NCBI GenBank assembly: GCA_964016885.1 | Contig: OZ024740.1 | Location: 96,162,001 to 96,226,000 of the forward strand | Direction: 5' to 3' | Origin: Eledone cirrhosa | Lineage: Eukaryota | DNA: 64,000 bases | Part shown: piece after piece, positions 13,573 to 25,821 of the stretch | Numbering within the stretch: position 1 is the first letter of the stretch | How the letters are laid out: each line of letters opens with the position of its first letter | Notes under the pieces: generated by a model | The model's input: the letters and a program-made list of their open reading frames with translations, nothing else | Told to the model about the DNA's origin: nothing | Databases searched by the model: none | Made by a program: the position numbers and the translations under genes

Positions 13573-13700
13573 GAAGGCGTGTGGCGGAGTGGTTAGAGAA
13601 TTGGATTCACGATCGTAAGGTTGTGAGTTCGATTCCTGGACCAGGCGATGCGTTATGTCCTTGAGCAAGACACTTTATTTCACGTTGCTCCTTCTACCTG
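13573..13700 (+). mobile_element. tRNA-derived SINE, second family
   Basis: A box tggcggagtgg, B box gagttcgattcc, body tgtccttgagcaagacactttatttcac. A second copy lies at 22242. Confidence 0.85.
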
Positions 13701-13791
13701 GAGTTGCGACCGATAGATAGTATTAGCAATTGGAAAGACCAACGGAAACATTGTTCCCTCGGTCCGATTTGACGAAAGTCGATCGTCCATT

Positions 13792-13868
<77 letters not shown>

Positions 13869-13869
13869 A

Positions 13870-14313
13870 TATATAAGTATGTATACGTACATACATATAT
13901 GTATACAGACGTACAGTAGTATGTATATATATACATACATGCACACACATATATATATTTACGTATTGATTTACATAACATTTATTATAATGCTCGGTTT
14001 GTTTGTAAACAAACAACCCAAATTAAGCCGTAAAGTGTTTAGCAACCATCGTTGCCCTTTTGTTCAACAATGACAAAGGAACTGTCTACTAGTTTCAAGC
14101 TTATTCGCTATCGTCAGTACCGTATACCTTCCTGCCAGATCATTGAACGTCTGAAAGTATATATTTTCCTTATGCATATAAACGGCTGAGCAGCCTAATT
14201 TCCATATCGAGTGAGTTAATCGGCCGGGCGCACCGATAACGATAAATGGAATAAAATGAAACGAAATTTCATTTCTCACTCTTAGTACGGATGTTACTTG
14301 AATATAAGTATGT

Positions 14314-14386
<73 letters not shown>

Positions 14387-15812
14387 GTACGTATTGATTT
14401 ACCTAACATTTATTATAATGTTCGGTTTGTTTGTAAACAAACATCCCGAATTAAGCCGTACAGTGTTTAGCAACCATCGTTGCACATTTGTTCAACAATG
14501 ACAAAGGAACTGTCTACTAGTGTCAAGCTTATTAGCTATCCTCAATACCGTATACCATCCTGCCAGATGAATGAACGTCTGAAAGTATATACACTCCTTG
14601 TGCATATTAACTGCTGAGCAGCCTAATTTGCATATCAAGTGAGTTAATCGGCCGGGCGCACCGAAAACGATAAATGGAAACAATGAAACGAAATTTCATT
14701 TCTCACTCTTAGTAAGGCTGTTACTTAAATATAAGTATGTATACATACATACATATATGTATACATACGTACAGTAGTATGTATATATATATACATACAT
14801 GCACACATATATATATGCAGGTGTGGATTTACCGAACATTTATTATAATGTTCGGTTTGTTTGTAAAAAAACATCCCAAATTAAGACGTACAGTATTTAG
14901 CAACCATCGTTGCCCTTTTGTTCAACACTGACAAATGAACGATGTACTAGTTTCAAGCTTATTACCTTGAAAAAAAGGGTAACGATGGTTGCTAAACACT
15001 GTACGGCTTAATTTGGGATGTTTGTTTACAAACAAACCGAGCCTTATAATAAATGTTCGGTAAATCCATAGGTACATATATATATATATGTGTGCATGTA
15101 TGTATATATATATACATACTACTGTACGTATGTATACATAGAGCTCATAGGGCAAAACAGCTCTTAAGAGTCAATGGCCATCCAAAATCACCGGGAGAGA
15201 TGACCCCTTAGCCTTTGTCAAGGCAGAATTCTAGGAGAAGGAAAACTCTGATATTACACCTGCAACCCTGATGGTATCCAATGATGTTGATTTGTTCTTC
15301 TTTTTTTGGTAAATATCATCTTGGTTAAGAGAGTGGGACAGGCTTTGTGCAGTGCCTTTGCTCACTATAAAAGCTTCACGGCACAGTCATTGCTTTATAT
15401 CTGGATATCTCTCTGCACTTGTCCTCACATGGTACCATGAGCCCAGCACTATGTGTCAATAATTGTCACAAGTGTAGTGTTTGTACCAGAGTTTTCAAGT
15501 CGCTGGCTGGACTAAAAACTCTCACTCGTTCAGCGCTTCGGTAGGGGTTCTCCTACATGGATATAAAGTAGTGGCCGTACTCGAAAACGAGTTGGCAGCC
15601 ACCATGTATGTACGTATACATACATATATTTAAGTAACATCCGTACTAAGAGTGAGAAATGAAATTTCGTTTCATTGTTTCCATTTATCCTTTTCGGTGC
15701 GCCCGGCCGATTAACTCACTCGATATGCAAATTAGGCTGCTCAGCAGTTAATATGCATAAGGTAAGTATATAATTTCAGACGTTCAATCATCTGGCAGAA
15801 AGGTATACAGAA
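13870..15812 (-). repeat. ~430-445-bp HHR-bearing tandem repeat (about 2.5 units plus inverted arm), older locus
   Basis: Unit tataagtatgtatac...gaaatttcatttctcactcttagt repeats at ~13870, 14300 and 14730, inverts at ~14965 and resumes at 15605-15812. HHR CTGACGA tagc gaataa gctt GAAA CTAG TA at 14081-14123 (minus). Confidence 0.85.
15141..15600 (+). mobile_element. Insertion resembling an RTE 5' UTR fragment
   Basis: Motif tctaggagaaggaaaactctga recalls RTE 5' UTRs. It interrupts the inverted arm of the 445-bp repeat. Confidence 0.45.
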
Positions 15813-15814
15813 TA

Positions 15815-17792
15815 TTACTAAGACACAAACAAGACCTATCGTGTCTAGCATAGAAGGACCCCGATACAAAATCTCCTGGCTCCTCTCCCAGGTCCTCAAG
15901 CCTCTACTCTCCATCTTTCCCAGGCATGTCAGTAGCTCCGACGAGGTCACACGTAGACTACACCAACTCCAGCCCAATGAACTTAAACTAAATAGATACG
16001 CATTTAGCCTGGACGTTCTCTCCCTCAAAACTACAGTCCCCTCTCATCCAGCAGTCGATTTATTGACGGACTCTTGGGCGCAGAGGACATCCACTGCTAC
16101 GGCCTCCATCCGACGGACATACACCAGATGTTGTCCTTCACAGTGGACAACAGGTACTTCACATTCCACCACCACACATACAGACAGACAACAGGATTAC
16201 CAATGAGATCCAGCCTATCGGGCCTGCTGGCCATCACCTTTATGAACCCGCTAGAATGCCGAGCCCTCAACACCTGCCATTGCTATACCCTCTTCATCCG
16301 ATATGTACATGGCATACTCATTCTTACATCATCCCGTGAGTAGGCGGATAAAATATACACGACATCTCCAGCATGGACGCCAGTATACAGTTCAACATGG
16401 AACAACCTGATGACCGCTTATCCCTATCCCTACTGGACTTCTAACTCGGGGTAACAGAAGAAGGTAACATCCACACCTGCTTCTATAAAAAAGCCGCCAG
16501 CAGGGACCTGTTCGTACATTTCAGATCGGCCCTCCCAGCCGGCGCTAAGTTCGGATACATAAGGAACGAACTAACACGTATCCGGAACAAATGTACTGAC
16601 GCTAGAGACCGAGACACACACACCACACATTTCATGGAAGTTCTCAAACTGAACGGATACCCGATGTCCACCACGAACCGTGCCAGAAAGAACAAGATCC
16701 GCACCCGTGGCACTAACACTTGATTTCTGAAGATCCCACCGTTCAGTGACGAAACAACAGCCATCCGCAGAGCTATCAGCAGAGAGGGACTGGATGACCA
16801 ACTAACTCACTCAGGACCTTCTCTACGCGGACAGCTAACCAAAAGACACTCCACCAGACATTACGGCCTCTGCAAGCTAGCCAACTGCCCCATCAATGAC
16901 ACAGACCTATGCCACCAGGCTTACGTCGTATACAGATTAGAGTGCGACTAATGCAGCAATGTCTACGTAGTTAGCACCACCAGACCACTTCACATAAAAA
17001 TAAAAGAACACCTCAATAGTAACGCATCATCATTTAAGAAACACCTAGTGAAATGTAAAAATACCGCCAAAAACATAACAGTTAGGATAGAAACCAAGGA
17101 AAGAAATCTCGGCAATCTTAGAATTAAGGAAGCACTGATTATAGACAAAACACAACCACCAATCAATAATAGACTAGAACTCAACACCCAATTTATAACA
17201 TGAAAGAGCACCCTCATTTACACCCCCTTCCACACACACGCACACGCACACACACACGAAAACGCACACACATACACGCTTACACCTTAACTTATTCTCT
17301 CTCTCACACACACATACACACACAAAGAGCAGTTTTAACATGATAGAGAAACTAGACCCCACATTTAAGTATATACATATCTTCTCACACTCACACACAC
17401 ACACACACACACGCATACTTACGCTTTTACGTATTCTCCCACACATTTAAACATACATGTACAAAACCACTTTTAAAGGGAGACTACTCTTTATCCACCT
17501 AACCTTCACTCTTTGACATTAGAGTTAGAATGGAATATCTATACAAGTTCCTGTCAGCATGACTTGGCAAGCTAATTAGAAGACTGGAATAACCATATTA
17601 CTTCCCTCCGAAGGAGATATATTATCTCACAAATTAAGGATATTTAAATAAATTAAAGGTAAAAGACTACTTGTCAACAATATCTTTTGCATTTGCATTT
17701 ATATTCTATATCCATCCCTGCATTGTCTTGGCCTTACAACTCCAAACATTTATACCTCATTACACAATGCTTCAAGTGAACTACATCTTCCT

Positions 17793-17795
<3 letters not shown>
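15815..17795 (+). mobile_element. Poseidon-like PLE, 5'-truncated: RT, GIY-YIG and pLTR
   Basis: RPIVSSIEGP, SLDVLSL, GLPMRSSLSG, IRYVHG (decayed YVDD), YKKAASRDLFVHFRS, VVYRLEC..C..VYV.STTRPLHIKIKEH. Many frameshifts. Confidence 0.9.
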
Positions 17796-17843
<48 letters not shown>

Positions 17844-17853
17844 ATATATACAT

Positions 17854-17919
<66 letters not shown>

Positions 17920-17924
<5 letters not shown>

Positions 17925-18650
17925 AAGATAGACATAGAATATTCGAAAATATTCTGTATGTTTATAATAAACATTTTGAAGACCTAATCGCTATAGAATA
18001 GAATACGTCACGTATTACAATTAGATTCTCGATAAAAGCAAGGGAAGTAACAACCGCTCTTTCAAACCAGTTCCTGTACACAGCTAAGTATTCTATAAGT
18101 CTCTAGCTGTGTCATTCTCGATAAAAGCACTGGATATGTAATCCTGAAGATTTCTAATAAGAATGAAACGCGTAGGTTACTTCCCTTGCTTTTATCGAGA
18201 ATCTAATTGTAATACGTGACGTATTCTATTCTATAGCGATTAGGTCTTCAAAATGTTTATTATAAACATACAGAATATTTTCGAATATTCTATGTCTATC
18301 TTCACATATATATCGCTATTTCAGAGCATTTATTCCAATTTCTAATTTCTGCCGAACCGGCAACCGCTCTTTCAAACCAGTTCCTGTACACAGCTAAGTA
18401 TTCTATAAGTCTCTAGCTGTGTCATTCTCGATAAAAGCACTGGATATGTAATACTGAAGATTTCTAATAAGAATGAAACGCGTAGGTTACTTCCCTTGCT
18501 TTTATCGAGAATCTAATTGTAATACGTGACGTATTCTATTCTATAGCGATTAGGTCTTCAAAATGTTTATTATAAACATACAGAATATTTTCGAATATTC
18601 TATGTCTATCTTCACATATATATCGCTATTTCAGAGCATTTATTCCAATA
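17920..18650 (+). repeat. 310-bp HHR tandem repeat, second locus (short inverted arm plus about 2 units)
   Basis: HHR gtaatc CTGAAGA tttc taataa gaat GAAA CGCG TA ggttac at 18138-18180 and 18448-18490. Inverted arm 17920-18050; flanked by (TA)n. Confidence 0.92.
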
Positions 18651-18717
18651 TATATATATATATATAAAATAAAATAAAATGCATGAGTAAAATGTTCAAA
18701 ATTTCGCTTCGTTTATT

Positions 18718-18772
18718 ACTGCTATATACATTTCGGTCACAGCCGTCTTTGGCTGTGACCTCTTCAGGCAGT
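18718..18772 (-). ncRNA. Type I hammerhead ribozyme (solo)
   Basis: actgc CTGAAGA ggtcacagcc aaagac ggctgtgacc GAAA TGTATA TA gcagt aataaa; perfect 10-bp helix II and 5-bp helix I. Confidence 0.9.
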
Positions 18773-19025
18773 CCAAATTATTGTCGTGGAGACGAGTAAA
18801 ATGATGTTGGGGTGTTTAAATTTGTCAATACTCTGATATGCTTACTTCCTTGTCAATACTCTGATATGCTTACTTTCCCTGAGGAACTGAAATCATATGA
18901 TTCCAGTTATTTATTTTACATTACTCCGGAGTAACCAAACCAGCCTGCACACTTCGTCGAGTGCTCCAATCTGCATACTGAAATGTTGGTATACAACCAA
19001 CATATAATCAATATATATATATACT

Positions 19026-19164
<139 letters not shown>

Positions 19165-20334
19165 GGAGGTGAGTTTTATTGTAGTACAATAAAGCAATGC
19201 AGATATCGGATAAGAAGCACTCTACAGTTTGTAGGACTGGAGTATACATAATATAAGATCAAAAGATGGTTAAAGGAGTTCCATGTATTTTATTATGCGC
19301 ATTTCAAAAACAAACATCATCATGCAATAATATTTGTGTTTTCATCAGATAAAACAGGAGAACATGATATGAAGGCTAAAAAACACCTGTGGACAGTGCA
19401 GTTTTAAATCAACATATGAAAAGTGGTTTTAGATTGACGTGTGATATTGGGAAAAATATTTTATTTAGAGAGGGGGGGTGGAAAGGATGAAAAGGGAAGG
19501 AGATGAGAGGGAGAGATGGTTTTTATAACAGAGAGTAGATATATAGTGTTACATAGAGAGGTTGAAAACCGTTGGAAGATAATGTATAAATTAAAAATTT
19601 TGAAAATTAACGAAGGGAGGATATGTACGAGGAAAAAAAAAATATATATTTTATTTAGGGATTGGGGGGGGGGTGAAAAAAAGGGGAGGAGATGAGAGTG
19701 AAGGTGGAGAGGGAGAGATGGGTGATAGAGAGAAAGAGATAGTTTTTATAACTGAGAAAAAGATATATTGTTTTAACATAGAGAGGTTGGGAACCGTTGG
19801 AAGATAATGTATAAATTAAAGGAATTTGAAAAATAACGAAGGGAATTTATGTATGAAGATAGAGAGAAAACAATAATAATTGTGGATGAATATTCTAACG
19901 TCAAAAAAAGAAATGTATGTATTGTGGCAATTTCAAAATTAACGAAGAGAAAAATTATTGAGGTTTGTGTGTAGAAGGATTTGAGAAAAAATGTGAAGTT
20001 AAAGTTTGTATATTGAAAGGATTGATAATATATGCGAATAAAGAGTTAATATGTATTAATAATGAGTTCGTTGATGGGGAGAAAAAAATAATAAATTAAG
20101 GATGAAATTGAGATTAAAAAGATTTATGATAGAGAGAAAAAATAATAATGATTGCGGATGAATATTCAAACGTCAAAAACAAGAAATGTATGTTATGATT
20201 TTATAAGGTGAAGATAGAATGAGGGTAATGAGTAAACAAGTATTATCGAGTGTATAATGCCCTTTAAAGTAAGGTAGATGGGTATATTTTAAAGAGGTGT
20301 ATGTATAAGTGCCTTTGAGAATAAAATACTAAAT

Positions 20335-21006
20335 ACTAAATCTCTTCCTTCCAATATTGAATTTCATAATAACAGTAATAGTACTCCCGACGTCATTGTA
20401 AACCCTAGGCTAACTTCTGTAAACCCAAATACAACGTCAAACACAACTTCGCTAAATGTTCATAATCCAACTCTAAATCAAGAAACTATTATTCCTATTA
20501 TTCCTATCGCAAATAACTTCTCCAATCCAATTCCTTCTATAGATAACACTAGATCACTCATTAATAATCTCTCTAATTGCAACTGCCGCATTAAAAATAA
20601 ATGTCCTCTCAACAACCATTGTCTCGATAAAAACTTAATTTATGAATGTAAAATTATAAATAGCACCAATTCCTTCACCTATTTTGGCTCCACTTCCACC
20701 TCTTTTAAAGCTCGTCTCTATAATCATCATTCATCTTTCAAATACAAACTTAAAAGAACCAACACTGCTCTCTCAGAACTCATATGGTCCTTAAAAGACA
20801 AAAACATTAAATATACCATCTTTTGGAAGAAGATTTCTTCTGCATCCTCATACTTGAACAGCTCTCTATCTAAAATCTGTAATCTCTGCCTAAATGAAAA
20901 ATTTACCATTATCTCTAACCTAGATTCTATAATAAACAGCCGTACAGATTTGTTTTCTATCTGCCTGCATAAATTCCATAGAACTTTTCACAAGGTATAC
21001 AGTTAA
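20335..21006 (+). pseudogene. GIY-YIG endonuclease C-terminal ORF fragment (no ATG, absent from ORF track)
   Basis: Manual translation from 20575: NCNCRIKNKCPLNNHCLDKNLIYECKII..YFGSTSTSFKARLYNHHSSF..ICNLCLNEK..ICLHK, TAA at 21004-21006. Confidence 0.9.
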
Positions 21007-22024
21007 TATTCAATTCTTTATCAATTTAGAATCTTTTCTCAAAGGCACTTATACATACACCTCTTTAAAATATACCCATCTACCTTACTTTAAAGGGCAT
21101 TATACACTCGATAATACTTGTTTACTCATTACCCTCATTCTATCTTCACCTTATAAAATCATAACATACATTTCTTGTTTTTGACGTTTGAATATTCATC
21201 CGCAATCATTATTATTTTTTCTCTCCATCATAAATCTTTTTAATCTCAATTTCATCCTTACTTTTATTATTTTTTTCTCCCCATCAACGAACTCATTATT
21301 AATACATATTAACTCTTTATTCGCATATATTATCAATCCTTTCAATATACAAACTTTAACTTCACATTTTTTCTCAAATCCTTCTACACACAAACCTCAA
21401 TAATTTTTCTCTTCGTTAATTTTGAAATTGCCACAATACATACATTTCTTTTTTTGACGTTAGAATATTCATCCACAATTATTATTTTTTTCTCTCTATC
21501 TTCATACATAAATTCCCTTCGTTATTTTTCAAATTCCTTTAATTTATACATTATCTTCCAACGGTTCCCAACCTCTCTATGTTAAAACAATATATCTTTT
21601 TCTCAGTTATAAAAACTATCTCTTTCTCTCTATCACCCATCTCTCCCTCTCCACCTTCACTCTCATCTCCTCCCCTTGTTTTCATCATTCCCCCCCAATC
21701 CCTAAATAAAATATATATTTTTTTTTTCCTCGTACATATCCTCCCTTCGTTAATTTTCAAAATTTTTAATTTATACATTATCTTCCAACGGTTTTCAACC
21801 TCTCTATGTAACACTATATATCTACTCTCTGTTATAAAAACTATCTCTTTCTCTCTATCACCCATCTCTCCCTCTCATCTCCTTCCCTTTTCATCCTTTC
21901 CACCCCCCCTCTCTAAATAAAATATTTTTCCCAATATCACACATCGATCTAAAACCACTTTTCATATGTTGATTTAAAACTGCACTGTCCACAGGTGTTT
22001 TTTAGCCTTCATATCATGTTCTCC

Positions 22025-22095
22025 TGTTTTATCTGATGAAAACACAAATATTATTGCATGATGATGTTTGTTTTTGAAATGCGCATAATAAAATA
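22025..22095 (+). ncRNA. Type I hammerhead in PLE pLTR (mirror copy ~19286-19356, minus)
   Basis: tgttttat CTGATGA aaacacaaatattatt gc atgatgatgtttgttttt GAAA TGCGCA TA ataaaata; palindromic helix III. Confidence 0.9.
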
Positions 22096-22172
22096 CATGG
22101 AACTCCTTTAACCATCTTTTGATCTTATATTATATATATATATATATATATATATTGAGTATATGTTGGTTG

Positions 22173-22203
<31 letters not shown>

Positions 22204-22241
22204 CTATATCTATATGTATGTGTGTGTGTGTGTGTGTGTGT

Positions 22242-22390
22242 GAAGGCGCATGTCTTAGTGCTTAATGCATTGGGCTTGCAATCGAAAGGTTGTGAGTTCA
22301 ATTCTCGGACCGGGTGATGTGTTGTCTCCTTGAGCAAGACACTTTATTTCACATTGCTTCAATTTAATCAGCTGTAGAAATAAGTACCGG
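22242..22390 (+). mobile_element. tRNA-derived SINE, second family
   Basis: gaaggcgcatgtcttagtg..gagttcaattctc..ccttgagcaagacactttatttcac..aaataagtacc. Confidence 0.8.
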
Positions 22391-22501
22391 CCTGCCCGCC
22401 CAGCCCGTGGGATGGAGATATCTTATGGCTAAAACAGCACGATTCTCCGTGACCAGCGGCGCCGATTGGCGCCCGAGAGGCTGGTCGATCAAGGTGATAT
22501 A

Positions 22502-22561
<60 letters not shown>

Positions 22562-22604
22562 ATATATTATATATATATATATATACATATGTAGATATAT
22601 ACAT

Positions 22605-22652
<48 letters not shown>

Positions 22653-22696
22653 TATATATATATATACATATGTACATATATATATATATATATATA

Positions 22697-25680
22697 TATG
22701 AATATAGACATAGAATATTCGAAAATATTCTGTATGTTTATAATAAACATTTTGAAGACCTAATCGCTATAGAATAGAATACGTCACGTATTACAATTAG
22801 ATTCTCGATAAAAGCAAGGGAAGTAATCTACGCGTTTCATTCTCGTTAGAAATCATCAGGACTACATATCCAGTGCTTTTATCGAGAATGACACAGCTAG
22901 AGACTTATAGAATACTTAGCTGTGTACAGGAACTGGTTTGAAAGAGCGGTTGCCGGTCCGGCAGAAATTAGAAATTGGAATAAATGCTCTGAAATAGCGA
23001 TATATATGTGAATATAGACATAGAATATTCGAAAATATTCTGTATGTTTATAATAAACATTTTGAAGACCTAATCGCTATAGAATAGAATACGTCACGTA
23101 TTACAATTAGATTCTCGATAAAAGCAAGGGAAGTAATCTACGCGTTTCATTCTCGTTAGAAATCATCAGGACTACATATCCAGTGCTTTTATCGAGAATG
23201 ACACAGCTAGAGACTTATAGAATACTTAGCTGTGTACAGGAACTGGTTTGAAAGAGCGGTTGCCGGTCCGGCAGAAATTAGAAATTGGAATAAATGCTCT
23301 GAAATAGCGATATATATGTGAATATAGACATAGAATATTCGAAAATATTCTGTATGTTTATAATAAACATTTTGAAGACCTAATCGCTATAGAATAGAAT
23401 ACGTCACGTATTACAATTAGATTCTCGATAAAAGCAAGGGAAGTAATCTACGCGTTTCATTCTCGTTAGAAATCATCAGGACTACATATCCAGTGCTTTT
23501 ATCGAGAATGACACAGCTAGAGACTTATAGAATACTTAGCTGTGTACAGGAACTGGTTTGAAAGAGCGGTTGCCGGTCCGGCAGAAATTAGAAATTGGAA
23601 AAAATGCTCTGAAATAGCGATATATATGTGAATATAGACATAGAATATTCGAAAATATTCTGTATGTTTATAATAAACATTTTGAAGACCTAATCGCTAT
23701 AGAATAGAATACGTCACGTATTACAATTAGATTCTCGATAAAAGCAAGGGAAGTAATCTACGCGTTTCATTCTCGTTAGAAATCATCTATATATCGCTAT
23801 TTCAGAGCATTTATTCCAATTTCTAATTTCTGCCGGACCGGCAACCGCTCTTTCAAACCAGTTCCTGTACACAGCTAAGTATTCTATAAGTCTCTAGCTG
23901 TGTCATTCTCGATAAAAGCACTGGATATGTAGTCCTGATGATTTCTAACGAGAATGAAACGCGTAGATTACTTCCCTTGCTTTTATCGAGAATCTAATTG
24001 TAATACGTGACGTATTCTATTCTATAGCGATTAGGTCTTCAAAATGTTTATTATAAACATACAGAATATTTTCGAATATTCTATGTCTATATTCACATAT
24101 ATATCGCTATTTCAGAGCATTTATTCCAATTTCTAATTTCTGCCGGACCGGCAACCGCTCTTTCAAACCAGTTCCTGTACACAGCTAAGTATTCTATAAG
24201 TCTCTAGCTGTGTCATTCTCGATAAAAGCACTGGATATGTAGTCCTGATGATTTCTAACGAGAATGAAACGCGTAGATTACTTCCCTTGCTTTTATCGAG
24301 AATCTAATTGTAATACGTGACGTATTCTATTCTATAGCGATTAGGTCTTCAAAATGTTTATTATAAACATACAGAATATTTTCGAATATTCTATGTCTAT
24401 ATTCACATATATATCGCTATTTCAGAGCATTTATTCCAATTTCTAATTTCTGCCGGACCGGCAACCGCTCTTTCAAACCAGTTCCTGTACACAGCTAAGT
24501 ATTCTATAAGTCTCTAGCTGTGTCATTCTCGATAAAAGCACTGGATATGTAGTCCTGATGATTTCTAACGAGAATGAAACGCGTAGATTACTTCCCTTGC
24601 TTTTATCGAGAATCTAATTGTAATACGTGACGTATTCTATTCTATAGCGATTAGGTCTTCAAAATGTTTATTATAAACATACAGAATATTTTCGAATATT
24701 CTATGTCTATATTCACATATATATCGCTATTTCAGAGCATTTATTCCAATTTCTAATTTCTGCCGGACCGGCAACCGCTCTTTCAAACCAGTTCCTGTAC
24801 ACAGCTAAGTATTCTATAAGTCTCTAGCTGTGTCATTCTCGATAAAAGCACTGGATATGTAGTCCTGATGATTTCTAACGAGAATGAAACGCGTAGATTA
24901 CTTCCCTTGCTTTTATCGAGAATCTAATTGTAATACGTGACGTATTCTATTCTATAGCGATTAGGTCTTCAAAATGTTTATTATAAACATACAGAATATT
25001 TTCGAATATTCTATGTCTATATTCACATATATATCGCTATTTCAGAGCATTTATTCCAATTTCTAATTTCTGCCGGACCGGCAACCGCTCTTTCAAACCA
25101 GTTCCTGTACACAGCTAAGTATTCTATAAGTCTCTAGCTGTGTCATTCTCGATAAAAGCACTGGATATGTAGTCCTGATGATTTCTAACGAGAATGAAAC
25201 GCGTAGATTACTTCCCTTGCTTTTATCGAGAATCTAATTGTAATACGTGACGTATTCTATTCTATAGCGATTAGGTCTTCAAAATGTTTATTATAAACAT
25301 ACAGAATATTTTCGAATATTCTATGTCTATATTCACATATATATCGCTATTTCAGAGCATTTATTCCAATTTCTAATTTCTGCCGGACCGGCAACCGCTC
25401 TTTCAAACCAGTTCCTGTACACAGCTAAGTATTCTATAAGTCTCTAGCTGTGTCATTCTCGATAAAAGCACTGGATATGTAGTCCTGATGATTTCTAACG
25501 AGAATGAAACGCGTAGATTACTTCCCTTGCTTTTATCGAGAATCTAATTGTAATACGTGACGTATTCTATTCTATAGCGATTAGGTCTTCAAAATGTTTA
25601 TTATAAACATACAGAATATTTTCGAATATTCTATGTCTATATTCACATATATATCGCTATTTCAGAGCATTTATTCCAAT
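22697..25680. repeat. 310-bp hammerhead-bearing tandem array (retrozyme-like): about 3.5 inverted plus 6 forward units
   Basis: Exact 310-bp period, near-identical units, inversion junction at 23787/23788, (TA)n on both flanks. Confidence 0.97.
23929..23971 (+). ncRNA. Minimal type I hammerhead (also at 24239, 24549, 24859, 25169, 25479 plus; 22823, 23133, 23443 minus)
   Basis: gtagtc CTGATGA tttct aacg agaat GAAA CGCG TA gattac; canonical core, palindromic CGCG helix III. Confidence 0.95.
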
Positions 25681-25821
25681 ATATATATATATATATATAT
25701 ACATGTACACTTAAATCTATCCACGATTCAGAGTACTCACAACCTCTAACTGGATTACCTATAACGAAAACTTGTTATCCCTTATATACATAGACACATA
25801 TACATATGTTTATATATATAT

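Larger units (their letters stand above)
19253..22128 (+). mobile_element. 5'-truncated Naiad-type PLE with ~1.07-kb inverted pLTR
   Basis: 19253-20330 is the reverse complement of ~21030-22128. The spacer encodes the linker and GIY-YIG. Confidence 0.93.

Noticed and set aside
13573-13645. tRNA genes at A/B-box motifs
   Set aside because: They run directly into SINE bodies and lack a complete cloverleaf.
22697-25680. CRISPR-like or centromeric satellite interpretation of the 310-bp array
   Set aside because: No unique spacers, eukaryotic context, small dispersed loci, and one hammerhead per unit.
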